Source: Eledone cirrhosa (lineage: Eukaryota). Taken from it: a stretch of 64,000 bases of DNA. The translations under genes and the position numbers were made by a program. The stretch is from contig OZ024753.1 of assembly GCA_964016885.1 (NCBI GenBank), forward strand, positions 32,674,001 through 32,738,000, in the 5' to 3' direction. This document shows positions 1 through 12,308 of the stretch, one piece after another (positions within the stretch are counted from its first letter, which is position 1; the number at the start of each line of letters is the position of its first letter). The notes beneath the pieces are model-generated. The model had not been told where the DNA came from, made no database searches, and saw nothing but the letters and a program-made list of their open reading frames with translations.

Positions 1-303
1 TATACAATTGGTGAATTGACTGAATGCGGCAAATTGACTGAACGCGACGAATTGGCACAAGCATTTATAGCGGTATTTAATCTGCATGTTGCCTTTTATC
101 GTTTCCAGTACATAAATCAAGTATTAGTCTAGGGCGTTGCATTGGTACAATTGTAAGTTCAGGGGTTGCTTTGCAATATTTGAATCAGGATTTTCGTGTG
201 CAAGCAACATACTAGGGTAGGAGACATACTCTATCCCTGGTTTAACATTCACTGCTGGATAAATATGACTGTGATCTTGAACCATATATAATTGTATGGC
301 ATT

Positions 304-490
304 GCGGTGGATTGGCAGTATCGGTAGAGGGTCGGACGCCATGCTTTCCAGCATAGTTACGTCTCTTTACAATCTGAGTTCAAATCCCGCTGAGGTTGAC
401 TTTGCCTTTCATCCTTACGGGGTCGATAAAATAAAGTACCAGTAATGTACTGGTTAATTGCTGGCCTTGTGCCTAAAGTAGAAACAATTA
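304..490 (+). mobile_element. tRNA-derived SINE, young short-form subfamily
   Basis: A-box-like TGGCAGTATCGG, B-box GAGTTCAAATCCC, body TTTGCCTTTCATCCTTACGGGGTCGATAAAATAAAGTACCAGT and end GTAGAAACAATTA; near-identical to copies at 27414, 31841, 43909 and 58372. Confidence 0.9.
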
Positions 491-688
491 TATAGTATAT
501 GATTTTACGATATAGAATAATATATAATGTACATGATGTGATATTGTTTAAATCATGTTATATTGTACAATATTCTGTACGGCATAATATTGTCAAACTG
601 CAATATATATATTTTGATAACGTGTAGTATCGGGTGCTATGTTAAGTAAATCATATTGTATATTTAAAGACGTCATGATGTTGAGTAA

Positions 689-905
689 TACGAGGTATGT
701 TAAAAAAGTATCCAACTTTGGGTTATAAAAACACTAACTTTGTACATTTCACAGGCTTTATTTAATCACCATCAAAATACTCCCAGTGGGAGTTCACACA
801 CTTCTAGCAGTTCTGCCACTGCTGGAAACACCTCTGGAACGCCTTATCCGGAATACTATGGAGCTCGGCCTTCGTCTATCTCATAATTTCCTCTCACAAC
901 TCGTA
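689..905 (-). mobile_element. Mariner (Tc1/mariner) DNA transposon remnant: 3' end of transposase and one terminus
   Basis: Begins TACGAGG, a typical mariner terminus. Minus strand translates TKAELHSIPDKAFQRCFQQWQNC*KCVNSHWEYFDGD*, matching the mariner transposase C-terminal W..C....GEYFE motif, with an internal stop. Ends CTCGTA. Confidence 0.75.
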
Positions 906-1168
906 TATCAAGGTGAGATCGTGTGTAACATAATGTTGTATGAAATAGGTATATTTCATATAATGTTGTATATTAAATGAGTCTATGGGTCGCAAATGTA
1001 TCTCCATCAGTTTCAACGATAAGTATTCCAGTTGCTGGTTAATGAAACCGTTCACTTATTAAGGTTCCGTGGATGTAGCTGGATATTCCACAAACATATG
1101 TACCCATAACGTAATTCTCAGAAAAATCTACCGCATTAAATTACAAGTACGATCCATCCGATGGGATT

Positions 1169-1901
1169 TCAATTAAATTTGGTTCTCTCAATTTCATTCG
1201 CAAAGATAGAGTCAATCCTGGGTTGTAGTAAATGACATTTTCCTAAGAAGACATAGTGGGTGATCGAATGCAGAATCTCATGATTGTGAAACAAAATTCT
1301 AAACATATCTGTCCTGACTGCATCCATTCTGTTATAGTAATACGTGTAATAAACGATGTAATAACACTGTCTGTTAGATAATGGTTTCTTATATAGGCAC
1401 AAGGCCAGCAATTTTGGGGGAGGGGAAAATCGATTAAATCGACCCCAGTAGGTTGCTGGTGCTTTATTTTATCGACCCCGTAAGGATGAAAGGCAAAGTT
1501 AACCTCGGCGGGATTTGAACTCAGACTGTAAAGGACCGAAAGTCTATGCTGCAAAGCATGGCGTCCGACCCTCTACCGATATTGCCTCACTGTCTGTTAG
1601 ATAATGTTACATAATACATCTTGTTTGATGTTCCTTCTTGGTGAAACAAATCGGGAGGACATTTACTTTGATAGATACATTTTCTAGCGAAATATTCAGA
1701 AAATGTTACAGCATCATGTATAAGACGGATATCCGGTGCGCAGATTTCATGACTGAATTTCAATTTCCGGTCGACAACCACTTCATTGAAATCAATAATA
1801 ACATTGAGAATGCTACTAATGTCACCGAATATAATTTTGTATTCAATACAAGTATGAAGATGTTCAAATGAGAAAGAAAGTGACGTATTAAGAGTGCAGA
1901 G
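1169..1901 (-). pseudogene. Possible coding exon or pseudogene interrupted by a SINE; product unknown
   Basis: Removing the SINE and one TSD joins ORFs 1587..1781 and 1169..1411 in frame (YYVTLSNRQ|CYYIVYY). The frame is stop-free from 1901 to the TGA at 1169-1171 (169 codons). No family recognised. Confidence 0.3.
1384..1587 (-). mobile_element. tRNA-derived SINE, long-form subfamily, with 19-bp TSD
   Basis: SINE body on minus strand flanked by direct repeat CACTGTCTGTTAGATAATG at 1365-1383 and 1588-1606. Confidence 0.92.
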
Positions 1902-2184
1902 TTATAGAAACAAGAAACTTTCACGGTGGGGACCTTGAGGACCACGGCGTAGTATCGAATTTCCGGCTTATTCAATCTGTACAACGATTTATCGATATTA
2001 TCATATTTGAGAAAAGCATATAGAATTCATTAGCACAAGTTTCTTTCTCATATTTTTCTTTTAGATTTGCCAATTAAAGTACGCGACATTAACGTTATGT
2101 TATTTATCAGCACCTTATAACCGATTGTGCATAGTCAGATTCATATTGTTTCAGTTACGACGATTCCGATGTCTTTATGTAGTA

Positions 2185-2559
2185 CTAACAGTAAAGCCCG
2201 GCGTTGCTCGGGGTCGCTCAGTAGCTGTGTTAAAGTTACAATGTTAAGTTTCTTTTTTGGCTTAAAGTCTGTCTGCACGACTGTCTGTCTGCACGCCTAA
2301 CGAAATTTACAGATACATATATTTTAAATAAATGTAAACAGAACAAAGGGAAATAACTCGTCACTTACGCTCAAAAATCGATACATTAGATTCGATTTCG
2401 TCACATAGGGTGGGTCAATTTGAAATATTTTTTTTCCGATGTCTTCGCTAGGGCTCAATGTACAAGTATAGCAATTTCGGTGCAATTCCGTCAGAGATTC
2501 TAAGAGGAGATGTGTGCCAAAAATCGATAGACAGACAACCACAGCTTTATATATATAGA
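2185..2559 (-). mobile_element. Non-autonomous Helitron
   Basis: Minus strand starts A|TCTATATATATAAAG, has (GTCT)n-like tracts and a subterminal hairpin CCCGAGCAACGCCGGG, and ends GTTAG|T (degenerate CTAG). Sits in an A|T site with no TSD. Confidence 0.7.
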
Positions 2560-4569
2560 TTATATAACAACCTTATCTAATGCGACCTTTCTTTTATTTA
2601 AGATGGTAGGGTGTGACCTGAGGGACAACAGTTTTCGCCCCCTGTTTCGGAAAAATATTAAAAGTCTGATAAGTTTTTCTTACGTCGCTGGAGAGATGAA
2701 AAGCAAAGTTGACCGCCATAGGATTCAAACCCAAAACGCAGGAAATTGTAACCAAATACCATTCCACATTAGGTAGCATAAAGACAATATACCCATAACT
2801 TGCGAAGAGAAAACACGATTTATATTTAGGTTTCAATTACTCATTTTAACATTGCATTGTATAAAGTAGGAAATATGAAATATTGAAAGTTAGCTTTTAA
2901 AAGAAATCTGGGAATGGAGTGGTTGAATAACAAGAACAAACGAAGCCAACATTTCAAAGGGAAAAGTTTATATGATTAAGTTGCGTAAACTATTTCTATT
3001 TAAGCTATATACTATTCACAAAATAAAGACTTTAAAGAAGTATATGACAAACTACAATATACTTTGATCTCAAATAAGTCTTTAGAATTATTATATTTAG
3101 TTTGAGATTTAGGATAGTTTTGACAAAGGACTAGGAAATTTAGAGAAATAATTAGCATTGCTGTGATCTAAGATCATAGAAGGACGTATACTATCTAAAT
3201 CAGTTATGATATTTGCATTTCGTGACGAACGAAAATTATCTTTATAGCTTGTACATGTATAGAATGTTTAGCGCTTGGGGATATCTCCCAAGAATTGTGA
3301 AAACAAAGATGTCATTGAAATGTGCACCTCTTATATTTCTGAATAAAATATTAAGTGGAGTTTAAAAAGAATTAGTTTCACCAATCCAGGAATGAAGAAA
3401 TAAATAATCCAATAATGACTGGGCACATTCTCTACCAGGCGGGACCGAAATATTTTTAATTTCGGAGATAAACATTCACAAAAGATTATTTCAAACCTGG
3501 GAATTCGAATAGAGACTACGTTGATGTTCAATATTGACATCCTTAGGGACGGCCAGTAGACTTGTTTTCACATCTCACTTTTCGTTCTGAGATACTTTTC
3601 AATCACATCCCGGTAATTATTTCTGCTGGCAGATTAAACCCAGTGAGGAACTGGATGATATAACAGGAGATGGGCACCAGCATAGTTAAGTTTCATGATG
3701 GATACATAGTCAAACGTCTATTGTAGTACCTGATCGACTGGGGGCCTTTATGTTGTCAACTAATCCGACAGAAATAGCAGTCAAATATTTCTTAAATATG
3801 AAACCTTACCTTGATAAATAAAATAGCACATTGTATAATGTATTCCTAGATACATTGTGTCTGAAAGAAAAAAACACAATGCTCACAGCTGACAGATTTG
3901 TCATTATATGTCATATGGATCAAATCTGACAGAGAATTAAAGTGTATCATTAACAACAATATTGCCACGCTGAGAATTAAATTACTTAGAGATAGGGGAA
4001 ACCTTTTATGTTTGCAGACGAACATTTTAATGAAAACAAGCTAGATGCCATGAACATTGTAATTAATCTAGTTTAATTCGAGCTCTATGGCTTCTAGACA
4101 TCAAAAATGCTGCACATGAAGTTTTAGATTGTATTCATTGGAATGTGTAAACTTTGCTAATATACGGATTGCCATCGTGACATACTTTACTTATAATAGA
4201 ATACTTATAATAGAATATACACATTCATTGGAAGTGTGTATTCTTCAATTATCGTTTCGATTAAACTGTAAATATATATATTTAAATCTAAAATGAAGAA
4301 TATAGAAAAATTAAAGAATTGCTTGTAGTTGATTTATATGGCTCCGAGAAGTGTAACTGTATTCTAGATAGCAATGGCATCTGTTATATAGATATATATC
4401 TTACAGTCTGCCAGATTAAAATCGTCGCATGGGTGATTCTTCTATTTCAACAGCGCTAGTGTGTATTAATGTTGTGAAGCTATATCATTGGCTTGAGGAC
4501 CAGTTGTTTCCTGTTGTAATTAAGTACAAAGATCCTGAACCATTCCTTCACAGAAATAATAATGATAAC

Positions 4570-4776
4570 GATTTTTATTAAAGGCACAAGGTCAACAATT
4601 TTGGGGGAGAGGAAAGTCGATTAATTCGACCCCAGTGCATTACTGATGCTTTATTTTATTGAACCTGTAAGGATGAAAGGCAACGTTAACCTTGGCGGGA
4701 TTCGAACTCAGAATGTAAAGGGGCGAAACTCAAAGCCGCTAAGCATGTTGTACGACACACTATAGATACTTCCAAT
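4570..4776 (-). mobile_element. Older long-form SINE copy
   Basis: Degenerate match to the 1384-1587 copy (GGATGAAAGGCAACGTTAACCTTGGCGGGATTCGAACTCAGA on plus strand). Confidence 0.8.
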
Positions 4777-5760
4777 AATAATAATAATAATAGTGATAGT
4801 GATAATAATAATAATAATAATAGTGATAATAATAATAATAATAATATTAATAATAATAATGATTTCTTTATTGGCCACAAGGACTAACACGAAGAAAAAC
4901 AGAACAGTAGAGGACGATACAAAGTTGGTTTTGGTCGTGTAAACAGGTTATAACAAAATCTGGTTATAAATTAAAAAAATTCAAACAACAAAAATTCCAT
5001 TCTGAGGGTCACTCGTGGCGAAAACCACACAAAAAAGACCACGGCCACCCTGACCACCAGGGCAAGTACCCTCTCTCAGTTTTCCAACTCCTCGGTCTAC
5101 AGGCGCATGCTCAGATCGGGCCCGTTCACTCGCTTCCAAGCGCTATCCATTGGTCTTTTCCTGATCCAGGACTGCAGCTCCGTCAAGGAGATGAGCTGGG
5201 GAAAAGCGCGTCTGGCAAACGGTGACCACACCTGTTCACCGTCAAGGAAGCACCAGAGATGTCGCAGCCTCAGCGCATGTTTGCGCATCATCAGCCACGG
5301 CATGCCTATTCCTCCACGCAACGAGTGTTGACAGTAAATGGATCGTCTGACCATCACTGTTGTAGTTGGTTGTGTTTTTGGTGCCACCGTTGTTGTTTTT
5401 TCGGTGCAATTTGTATTGTTGCTGTTGGTGATGTCGTTGTTTATCTTCTTGTTAGTGGTGTTAATATGGTTGTTGCATTTGTTGTCATTTTTTCTGTTGT
5501 CTGTATTTTGGTTGACGCTCTTATTGTTGTAGTTGGTGTGGTAATTTTTTTTAAATTAGTGTTCTCAGTGTTGTCTTTGTTTACGTTGTTTGTGGTGGTG
5601 TTTGTTGTATGAATTTCACTAATCCTCCTCTCAACTTTTACGCCGTTGTCACACGACAGCAGGCATATGGCTAGGGCGTGGCTCAGCCATATTTTCTTGT
5701 ATTTCTTTTAATTTTCAAAAGTAAAATGTTCAAATATTGTTCAAATATTTGGGCCAAAAG
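4774..5760 (-). mobile_element. Internally deleted L1/Tx1-clade LINE derivative with (ATT)n tail
   Basis: Minus strand has an ORF1-like start MAEPRPSH with a T/N-rich tract, then VRRSIYCQHSLRGGIGMPWLMMRKHALRLRHL (GGLG-P motif that follows the RT in L1/Tx1 ORF2), a stop at 5097, a 3'UTR, AATAAA and (ATT)n at 4774-4860. The 5' boundary is approximate. Confidence 0.6.
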
Positions 5761-5918
5761 GCCCAAATATTATACTTTCCCCTTGACAGGGCGAAGTCCA
5801 AGGGCTTATATCCCTTACACAACAAGAATAATTTCACAACAAATAATTATAACAGGAGAATAAAGCGACTTACTGGGAGCTAGCAAAAAAGACGTCCGAA
5901 CAGACCAATAATAATAAT

Positions 5919-5952
5919 TGTTTCTACTTTTGGCACAAGGCCAGCAATTACC
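5919..5952 (-). mobile_element. 34-bp 5'-truncated SINE with 18-bp TSD
   Basis: SINE 3' end (TGTTTCTACTTTTGGCACAAGGCCAGCAATTACC on plus strand) flanked by CAGACCAATAATAATAAT at 5901-5918 and 5953-5970. Confidence 0.88.
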
Positions 5953-6051
5953 CAGACCAATAATAATAATCAAAAGTTAAAATATACTAAGGATATATAA
6001 AGCATTCTTAATATTATACTTGTTTGTTAATAATCTCTCTCTATATATGCA

Positions 6052-6883
6052 TGGGATTTGACTCCTTCTTCTTCACTTTCCGTTGCTTCACCATCTTTGT
6101 TTGTTTACACTCTCGTGTCCCCTTTATTTACGTGTCCCAACGACTTTTTTTAGCCGTTGCTCGCACCAACCGGAGGTATATAGTCTTTAAAGCGATGAAA
6201 TACCAATGATGGTTGGAAGATCACTGATGAAGGACTAACTTTATTCATATGTAACCCATTAGCAACCACGCAGCACGTTTATTCTCATATTTACACATAT
6301 TTTTTCCCCCGCTGTAACCCGTCTATTTCGTTCTTACTGCTTCCTCTTTCTCTGTACCTTTACGCTCTCTAACAGTCACTCTCTTTGTTAGCCTCTTCCT
6401 CACCCTTCACTAACTCACTCTCTGTTACTACCTCTCTTCCTCCTTCTTCCCGTTTGACCTGTGCGTAATTCTTTTCTTTCGCACTCTTGGTCAGGCAGGT
6501 CGCTTTTTTTCTCTCTCTCGTCTACGATTTCACAGAACTTACGTTCACCGAATTCACAGACTAGATCCCTTCTTCCTCCCGTTAGACCTGTACGGAATTC
6601 CTTCCTTGCTCACATTCCAACCAGGTTTGATGGTATTTATTCTCTCTCGTTCACGATTTCATCGAACTTATATTCATGGAAATTTGGGACTTGACTCATT
6701 CTTCTTCATTTTTCGTTGCTTCACCATCTTTGTTTGTTTACACTCTCGTGTCCCCTTCATTTACGTGTCCCAACGACTTTTTTTAGGCGTTGCTCGCACC
6801 AACCGGAGGTATATGGTCTTTAAAGCGATGAAATACCAATGATGGTTGGAAGATCACTGATGAAGGACTAACTTTATTCATAT
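6052..6883 (+). mobile_element. Non-coding element with ~200-bp direct terminal repeats; probable Penelope-like partial-tandem pLTR remnant
   Basis: 6052-6250 and 6685-6883 are near-identical direct repeats around a CT-rich spacer. Both carry GAAATACC...CTGATGAAGG. The element ends at a (TATG)n(TG)n array. Related sequence at 39010-39110. Confidence 0.55.
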
Positions 6884-6886
6884 ATT

Positions 6887-6980
<94 letters not shown>

Positions 6981-7018
6981 CGTGCGCGTGCGTGTGCGTG
7001 AGCGTGCGTGCGCGTGTG
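6884..7018. repeat. Compound microsatellite (TATG)n(TG)n(CGTG)n
   Basis: Direct inspection. Confidence 0.95.
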
Positions 7019-9090
7019 TTGATTTGCGCATAATGTCTCAAACCTTTGATCTCGTATGTGGGTGAATCCATGTATCCGATTGTATGGTTATACAGAAATG
7101 GAGGGGCGTGTATGTGAGTTAGTTTGTATATAGTTGTGTTTGAACCTGAGAGCTCATGTGTTTTGTATGAGCCTTAAGACAAAAATGAATATATAAATAA
7201 ATAGAAATAAAAAAAAAACAGCAAACAATCCAAATAGTTTCCGTTTTTAAGAATTGAAAGAACAACGCCAGAAATAAAAAATCCGTGTTTTGCGTATAGC
7301 TTTGGCCTATTTAAAAGATCTATTAACGTCGCAAATCATCCACTGTCTGGCTATAAGTGTAGTAAAGAATCTATGGCAACTTTATTTCTTCATCTGTGCA
7401 GGTTCACACGAATTCTCTCTATATGTTTGTGTCAATAAAACTTCTCCATACAATTTCCCACCCTCCCTCTTCCTCTATGTCCTGTAGCAACGTTGAGCGT
7501 TTGCAATAATATTTTAAAGCATCTGTTATCATTTCATGAACAACAAACACACGATATTTTTCTGTTTACAATTTTCAAACTTCTATTACAAGAAACCACT
7601 TTCTCTTATTAAATGCGAGTCTCAAAGTAAAACAAAATCTCCTATTTATTGCGGTCATTTCAATTGATTACAGACAATATATGGATTAGAAAACACATCT
7701 GTGTTTGTCATACAAGAGGACTATTGTTCAGTACATTTAACTCAATATATTACTGGTACTTATTGTTTATAACCCGACTCGATCAATAGTAATACAGGCC
7801 ATCATTATCCCTAAATTCTCGCAGGTGTAAAGTACTTCCGAATTGAATATTCAATATTTCAATTTTTATACCTTTCAGGACCATATTCCTAGTAAAAAAC
7901 AACATCGTATTTCAATTTAATAAAGAATTTGGAGGGATATGTTAAATTATTAATTTAACATATTAATTTAACATATTAATTTAACATAACGTTATTGAGA
8001 GGGAGTTTGAAGCATACCTTAAGAAATGGTGCCTATATAAAATTCTCCTGAAAAGAACTCTTTAAAGATATGTGGTTTTGTTTGAAGAACTAGAGGGTCT
8101 TTTCGCGGTTTGGGATGAAAATGGTTGGCTTGAGTGAGATTTAGTAATTTATTGCACGTCAAACTACAGCATCTATAATAACTCTTTTTCAAGGTAATAT
8201 TTGTTAATACTGCCGATGGTGTAATTAAAGTATTAATACCATTTTTTGACAGTAGATGTATTATACAATACAGCGATTGCCGACGGTACACAGAGGTATA
8301 TTTAGACAGTCTTACAAGGCGGCAAATTGACAGAATCTTAGGGAAGTGTAATTAACCATAGCCTCCTCATATCGACCCAAACCATTCAGTGAAATTAGGT
8401 GGGTTAGAACTCTCAGATGGATTGCATCTGTAAATTAAAAATGCAGCCTTACCACATGTTTCACGCAGATATGTGTTTGCGTCTGTGGAATAATCACCCA
8501 CTCGACGTCCATTCACGAGTTAGAAATTCTGTTTATCGAACAACTGAAAGTTCGTCGTTGAAACCGACGGAGGATTCATTATAGAGTTTATGATAAATAA
8601 TTGTTATTGGTTAAAATACGAGACTAGCTCAAATATCTTGGCAATATTGAAATATACGATCTATATTTCCAGTAGATATTTGTTCAGAAATCCATGCCTT
8701 GAGATGAAATGCCCAAACATAAAATTCACAAAAACATTTCATTATAACATAAACTGTATTAAGTGGTAGATGATTATCATATCAACGTGATGTGAAAGAT
8801 AACTTGTCTGGAATGAAATAGATACCGAAGTAATTACATTAAGTAATATTAGTTTTATCAACTTGTCTACATCAATAAAATTTAGACAAATGACAAAAAC
8901 TGAGATATGAAACTACAAATGTAGGGATGGAGGGCTGACGTGTATTAATCCATGGCCAGGGCCCTAGATTTTCAGTTATTTCAGGAACCCTTCTGACACT
9001 TCAATCTTGAATCCCGCATCAACAAAAATAGACACGCCCTTAGACCCTGCGGAACTTTTGAACTTCACCCTATTAAGCCTTAAGAATAAT

Positions 9091-9270
9091 TGTTTCTACT
9101 TTTGGCACAAGGCCAGCAATTATCCAGTACATTACTGGTACTTTATTTTATCGACCCCATAAGGATGAAAGGCAAAGTTAACCTCGGCGGGATTTGAACT
9201 CAGAATGGCAAGGGCCGTAACTCTATGCGTCAAAGCATGGCGTCCAACCCTCTACCGATACTGCCAATTC
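9091..9270 (-). mobile_element. tRNA-derived SINE, second young short-form subfamily
   Basis: Full SINE body; shares the diagnostic CAGAATGGCAAGGGCCGTAACTCTATG with the copy at 52107-52294. Confidence 0.9.
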
Positions 9271-9649
9271 AAATAATGCGGACCTGATGGAGAGAATAAC
9301 TATGATCTTGTATGCGTGATGACCCATACTAAGTTAGTTTCTTTTGATTATGTAGCACGTCATTTATATTTTTTGTTATTTTTAGAGGAAGCGTAAAGAC
9401 TAGTGAAAGGACACTGGCATGCTATATCACTTTTATTTAATTTATGTTTGCTTCATAGCCTTTTGTTATAAACACACTACAATAATTGAAGTAAGGTCCC
9501 ATATATAGTATATAGAGTCAATAGATAATCGTTATTAACTCTTCATACAAACCCGGCCAAACAAAACCAGCCATTTTAAAGGGTTCCGATTTGAATTAAA
9601 ATTTACTAATATAATTTTATATGAGAAGAAATAAGATGAAAATAATGAT

Positions 9650-9840
9650 ATCTCATTTCGGCACGAGACTATGAATTTGGGGAGAGAGTGTGTCGATCAA
9701 ATCTACCCCAGACTCTGACAGTCTATTTTATCTCCATTCATATGATAAAAGGCAAAATTGAACTCGGGGTTTTACTCTCAGAACATAAAGAACTAGACCT
9801 ATTCAGTATTTGTTCGACGCACTAACGATTCTATCAACAT
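9650..9840 (-). mobile_element. Degenerate long-form SINE
   Basis: Weak match across the body (GATAAAAGGCAAAATTGAACTCGGGG...ACTCTCAGAAC). Confidence 0.6.
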
Positions 9841-10240
9841 TGTTTCTTAATGAATTTGAAATGAGTGCAATTCATTAGAAATGCGTTCATGGATGGGTTA
9901 ATATAGACTGTTAAATTTAAAGTTTAACCCATGTTACTGACTGAATTAATTAATGCCAGCGTTAGCCGAAACAGGCTATTGGTGCGATGTTGTAAGCCAA
10001 TGCTTTACTATAGTACAACCAACTTGTTCCACTAATCATGCCAAGCTTACATTAAATAACTACAATTTCGTCCACCTTATCTCGGAGAAATTGTGAAGAG
10101 GACCAGCGAGATTAAGATTGATTAGAAAACCACATGCAGGATATCACATATACATATAGATGTGTGTGTATATATATATATACACATTTGCTGTTGAAAT
10201 GGTATAAGCTCAGCCGTTGAGTACTAATCCTTTACAATAT

Positions 10241-10271
<31 letters not shown>

Positions 10272-10847
10272 ATCCATATACTATAGAAATCGCTGCTTCT
10301 CTCCAGATTTATCGGTGGCGTCTATTTTTCTATTGATCTTACTGTAACGCCTGTTAAAGAGATGGAAAGAAATATATTCTTCTATACCAGTTTCAGATAA
10401 TGTTTACAGGAGAAAGTGTGGGAGGGAACAAGTATTGGAAAAACATTTAACGGTTTTTCCACCCCACATTTCCCTCTATGTGTGTCTCTTTCTTACTCTT
10501 TTTCTGTCACAGCCCCTTTCTCTTACATTCACCCACTCCGTCGGTCTCTCCTTCACCAAGAAGCTTCTCAAATCAATATAAACCAGCGATTAAGCAAGCC
10601 TTATCTGCCGTCCTTCCGGTTGTATAGAAATTAGATAACAAGTGAATAACTGTAGCACACCCTTTATCTAGATCAGTTATAAATAAGAGAGAGAGAGAGT
10701 TGAAAGGAGTACTGAACAGATAATAATAAAAAATATATTTTCAAAATCATTTCATATATTTGCCACAATGGTAGCAGATAAAGGAGCTATTATAAAAGCA
10801 ATATGATGTTGGGGGTTCACATAGAAATTAGAAATAGGGGCTAATAA

Positions 10848-11039
10848 TACTTGTTTCTATTACTTTTGGCACAGTGCCTGTGATTGGGGAGGAGAAAGTC
10901 GACTAAATAGTCCGCAGTACTTGGCTGGTTCGCTATTTTATCGACCCCCGGAAGACTGAAAGGCAAAATTGTTCTCGTAGGGGTTTCAAAACAAAATGAA
11001 ATACAAGGAATATTGTTTAGATACCCTAACGATACTGCC

Positions 11040-11040
<1 letters not shown>
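10848..11040 (-). mobile_element. Degenerate long-form SINE adjacent to (AAT)n
   Basis: TTGTTTCTATTACTTTTGGCACAG...TATTTTATCGACCCCGGAAGACTGAAAGGCAAA...GATACTGCCA. Confidence 0.7.
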
Positions 11041-11085
<45 letters not shown>

Positions 11086-12054
11086 TCTGTAGTTGATAAC
11101 ATACCCCAAAAAATATATTACTTTTATTTGTATATAGTGTTATCAATACGTTAGTATTACGACTTAGGAGATCAGGCGTGGTTCATTTTTCTATGAAAAA
11201 ACTGCTTAGGAATCGCTCCATCATAGAATCGCAACTTCTGCTATTAATTCATTCTGAACACTCACTTCAAAATAAGATATTCTAAACGAGTTACCAACTA
11301 TTATGGGATTTCCTCTGTACCACGATTGGATCTATTGTTCCTACAACTGTAAGAGTAGCAGATATGGTTGGAGGCGAAATACATTGCTTTAGCAAGTGGT
11401 AAATGTTATTTATGTAAATTTAAGTCCCATCAAGGTCAATTCATTGTTTCATTCTTCTTACAGTCAATGAAGTTCCAGTAATAAGCATAATAAACAGACA
11501 ATTGATTTAATCGACTATAAAACTTGCTACTACACAAAAATCAATCCTATGCCAAGACTAAAGTAGCTATGCTGTTATATTTTATAAATTAAGTTTCGGA
11601 GTTGCAAAAACTTTTTCATTCATTTCTTTAAGTGAGAGTAATGAAAAATATATTTTAGAATTATCAGGAATATCATTTATATTTAATGGTTTCTAAAGTA
11701 GAGAATCGGAGGAAGATATCACAAATCAGTATATGATGAGAATAATTTATTGATATTGGTTGATTGCTAGCCGAAGTCGCAATTATATTACTTGAATCAT
11801 AAAATGTTACTAATATAAATGTTTGCGTTATCAATAATTATATTTAAGTGGCTTGGATCGCCATCTATGTACGTATGCTTGATTGTATTATGACTATTAA
11901 TATTAGAGTTTTAAAAGGTGTGCCAGCTGAAGGTATGTGTGTGTGTGGAGATGGGTTGTTTGACGCTAAATAGAGTCAGATTAATATTTCAGCCTTTCAA
12001 GTTCAATAAAATATAAGCCAAGTGCTGTAAAGTTTGTCTCGAGACTGAAGATTC

Positions 12055-12308
12055 ATCAGACCGTTGCTTATTCCAGTTTCCATGGCGTTAAGCAACTGAG
12101 AGCACAAGACTATCCCTGGATAGGACACCAGTCTATAGTGAAGTTAATCTCCCAGCTATTGCGGGTACTAATTTTCAGCTGAGCCTACTAGAGTAATGTG
12201 TAATAAAGTGTTTTGCTCAAGAACATAAAACACAACCCAGTCCAGGAATCAATTCCCGACATTATGATCGTATTCTAACATCCTTATCACTAAACCACAC
12301 GCCTCCAC
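12055..12308 (-). mobile_element. Old SINE of a second tRNA-derived family
   Basis: Minus strand starts GTGGAGGCGTGTGGTTTAGTG (A-box-like) and contains GTTCTTGAGCAAAACACTT; related copy on plus strand at about 32175-32290. Confidence 0.6.

Noticed and set aside
304-395. tRNA-like A and B boxes
   Set aside because: These are SINE heads; no cloverleaf can be folded, so no tRNA gene is called.
3331-3700. Coding-looking minus-strand stretch (MLVPISCYIIQFLTGFNLPAENNYRDVIEKYLRTK / MSILNINVVSIRIPRFEII)
   Set aside because: Broken by a stop or frameshift, no recognisable family and no convincing splice sites; would need a homology search.
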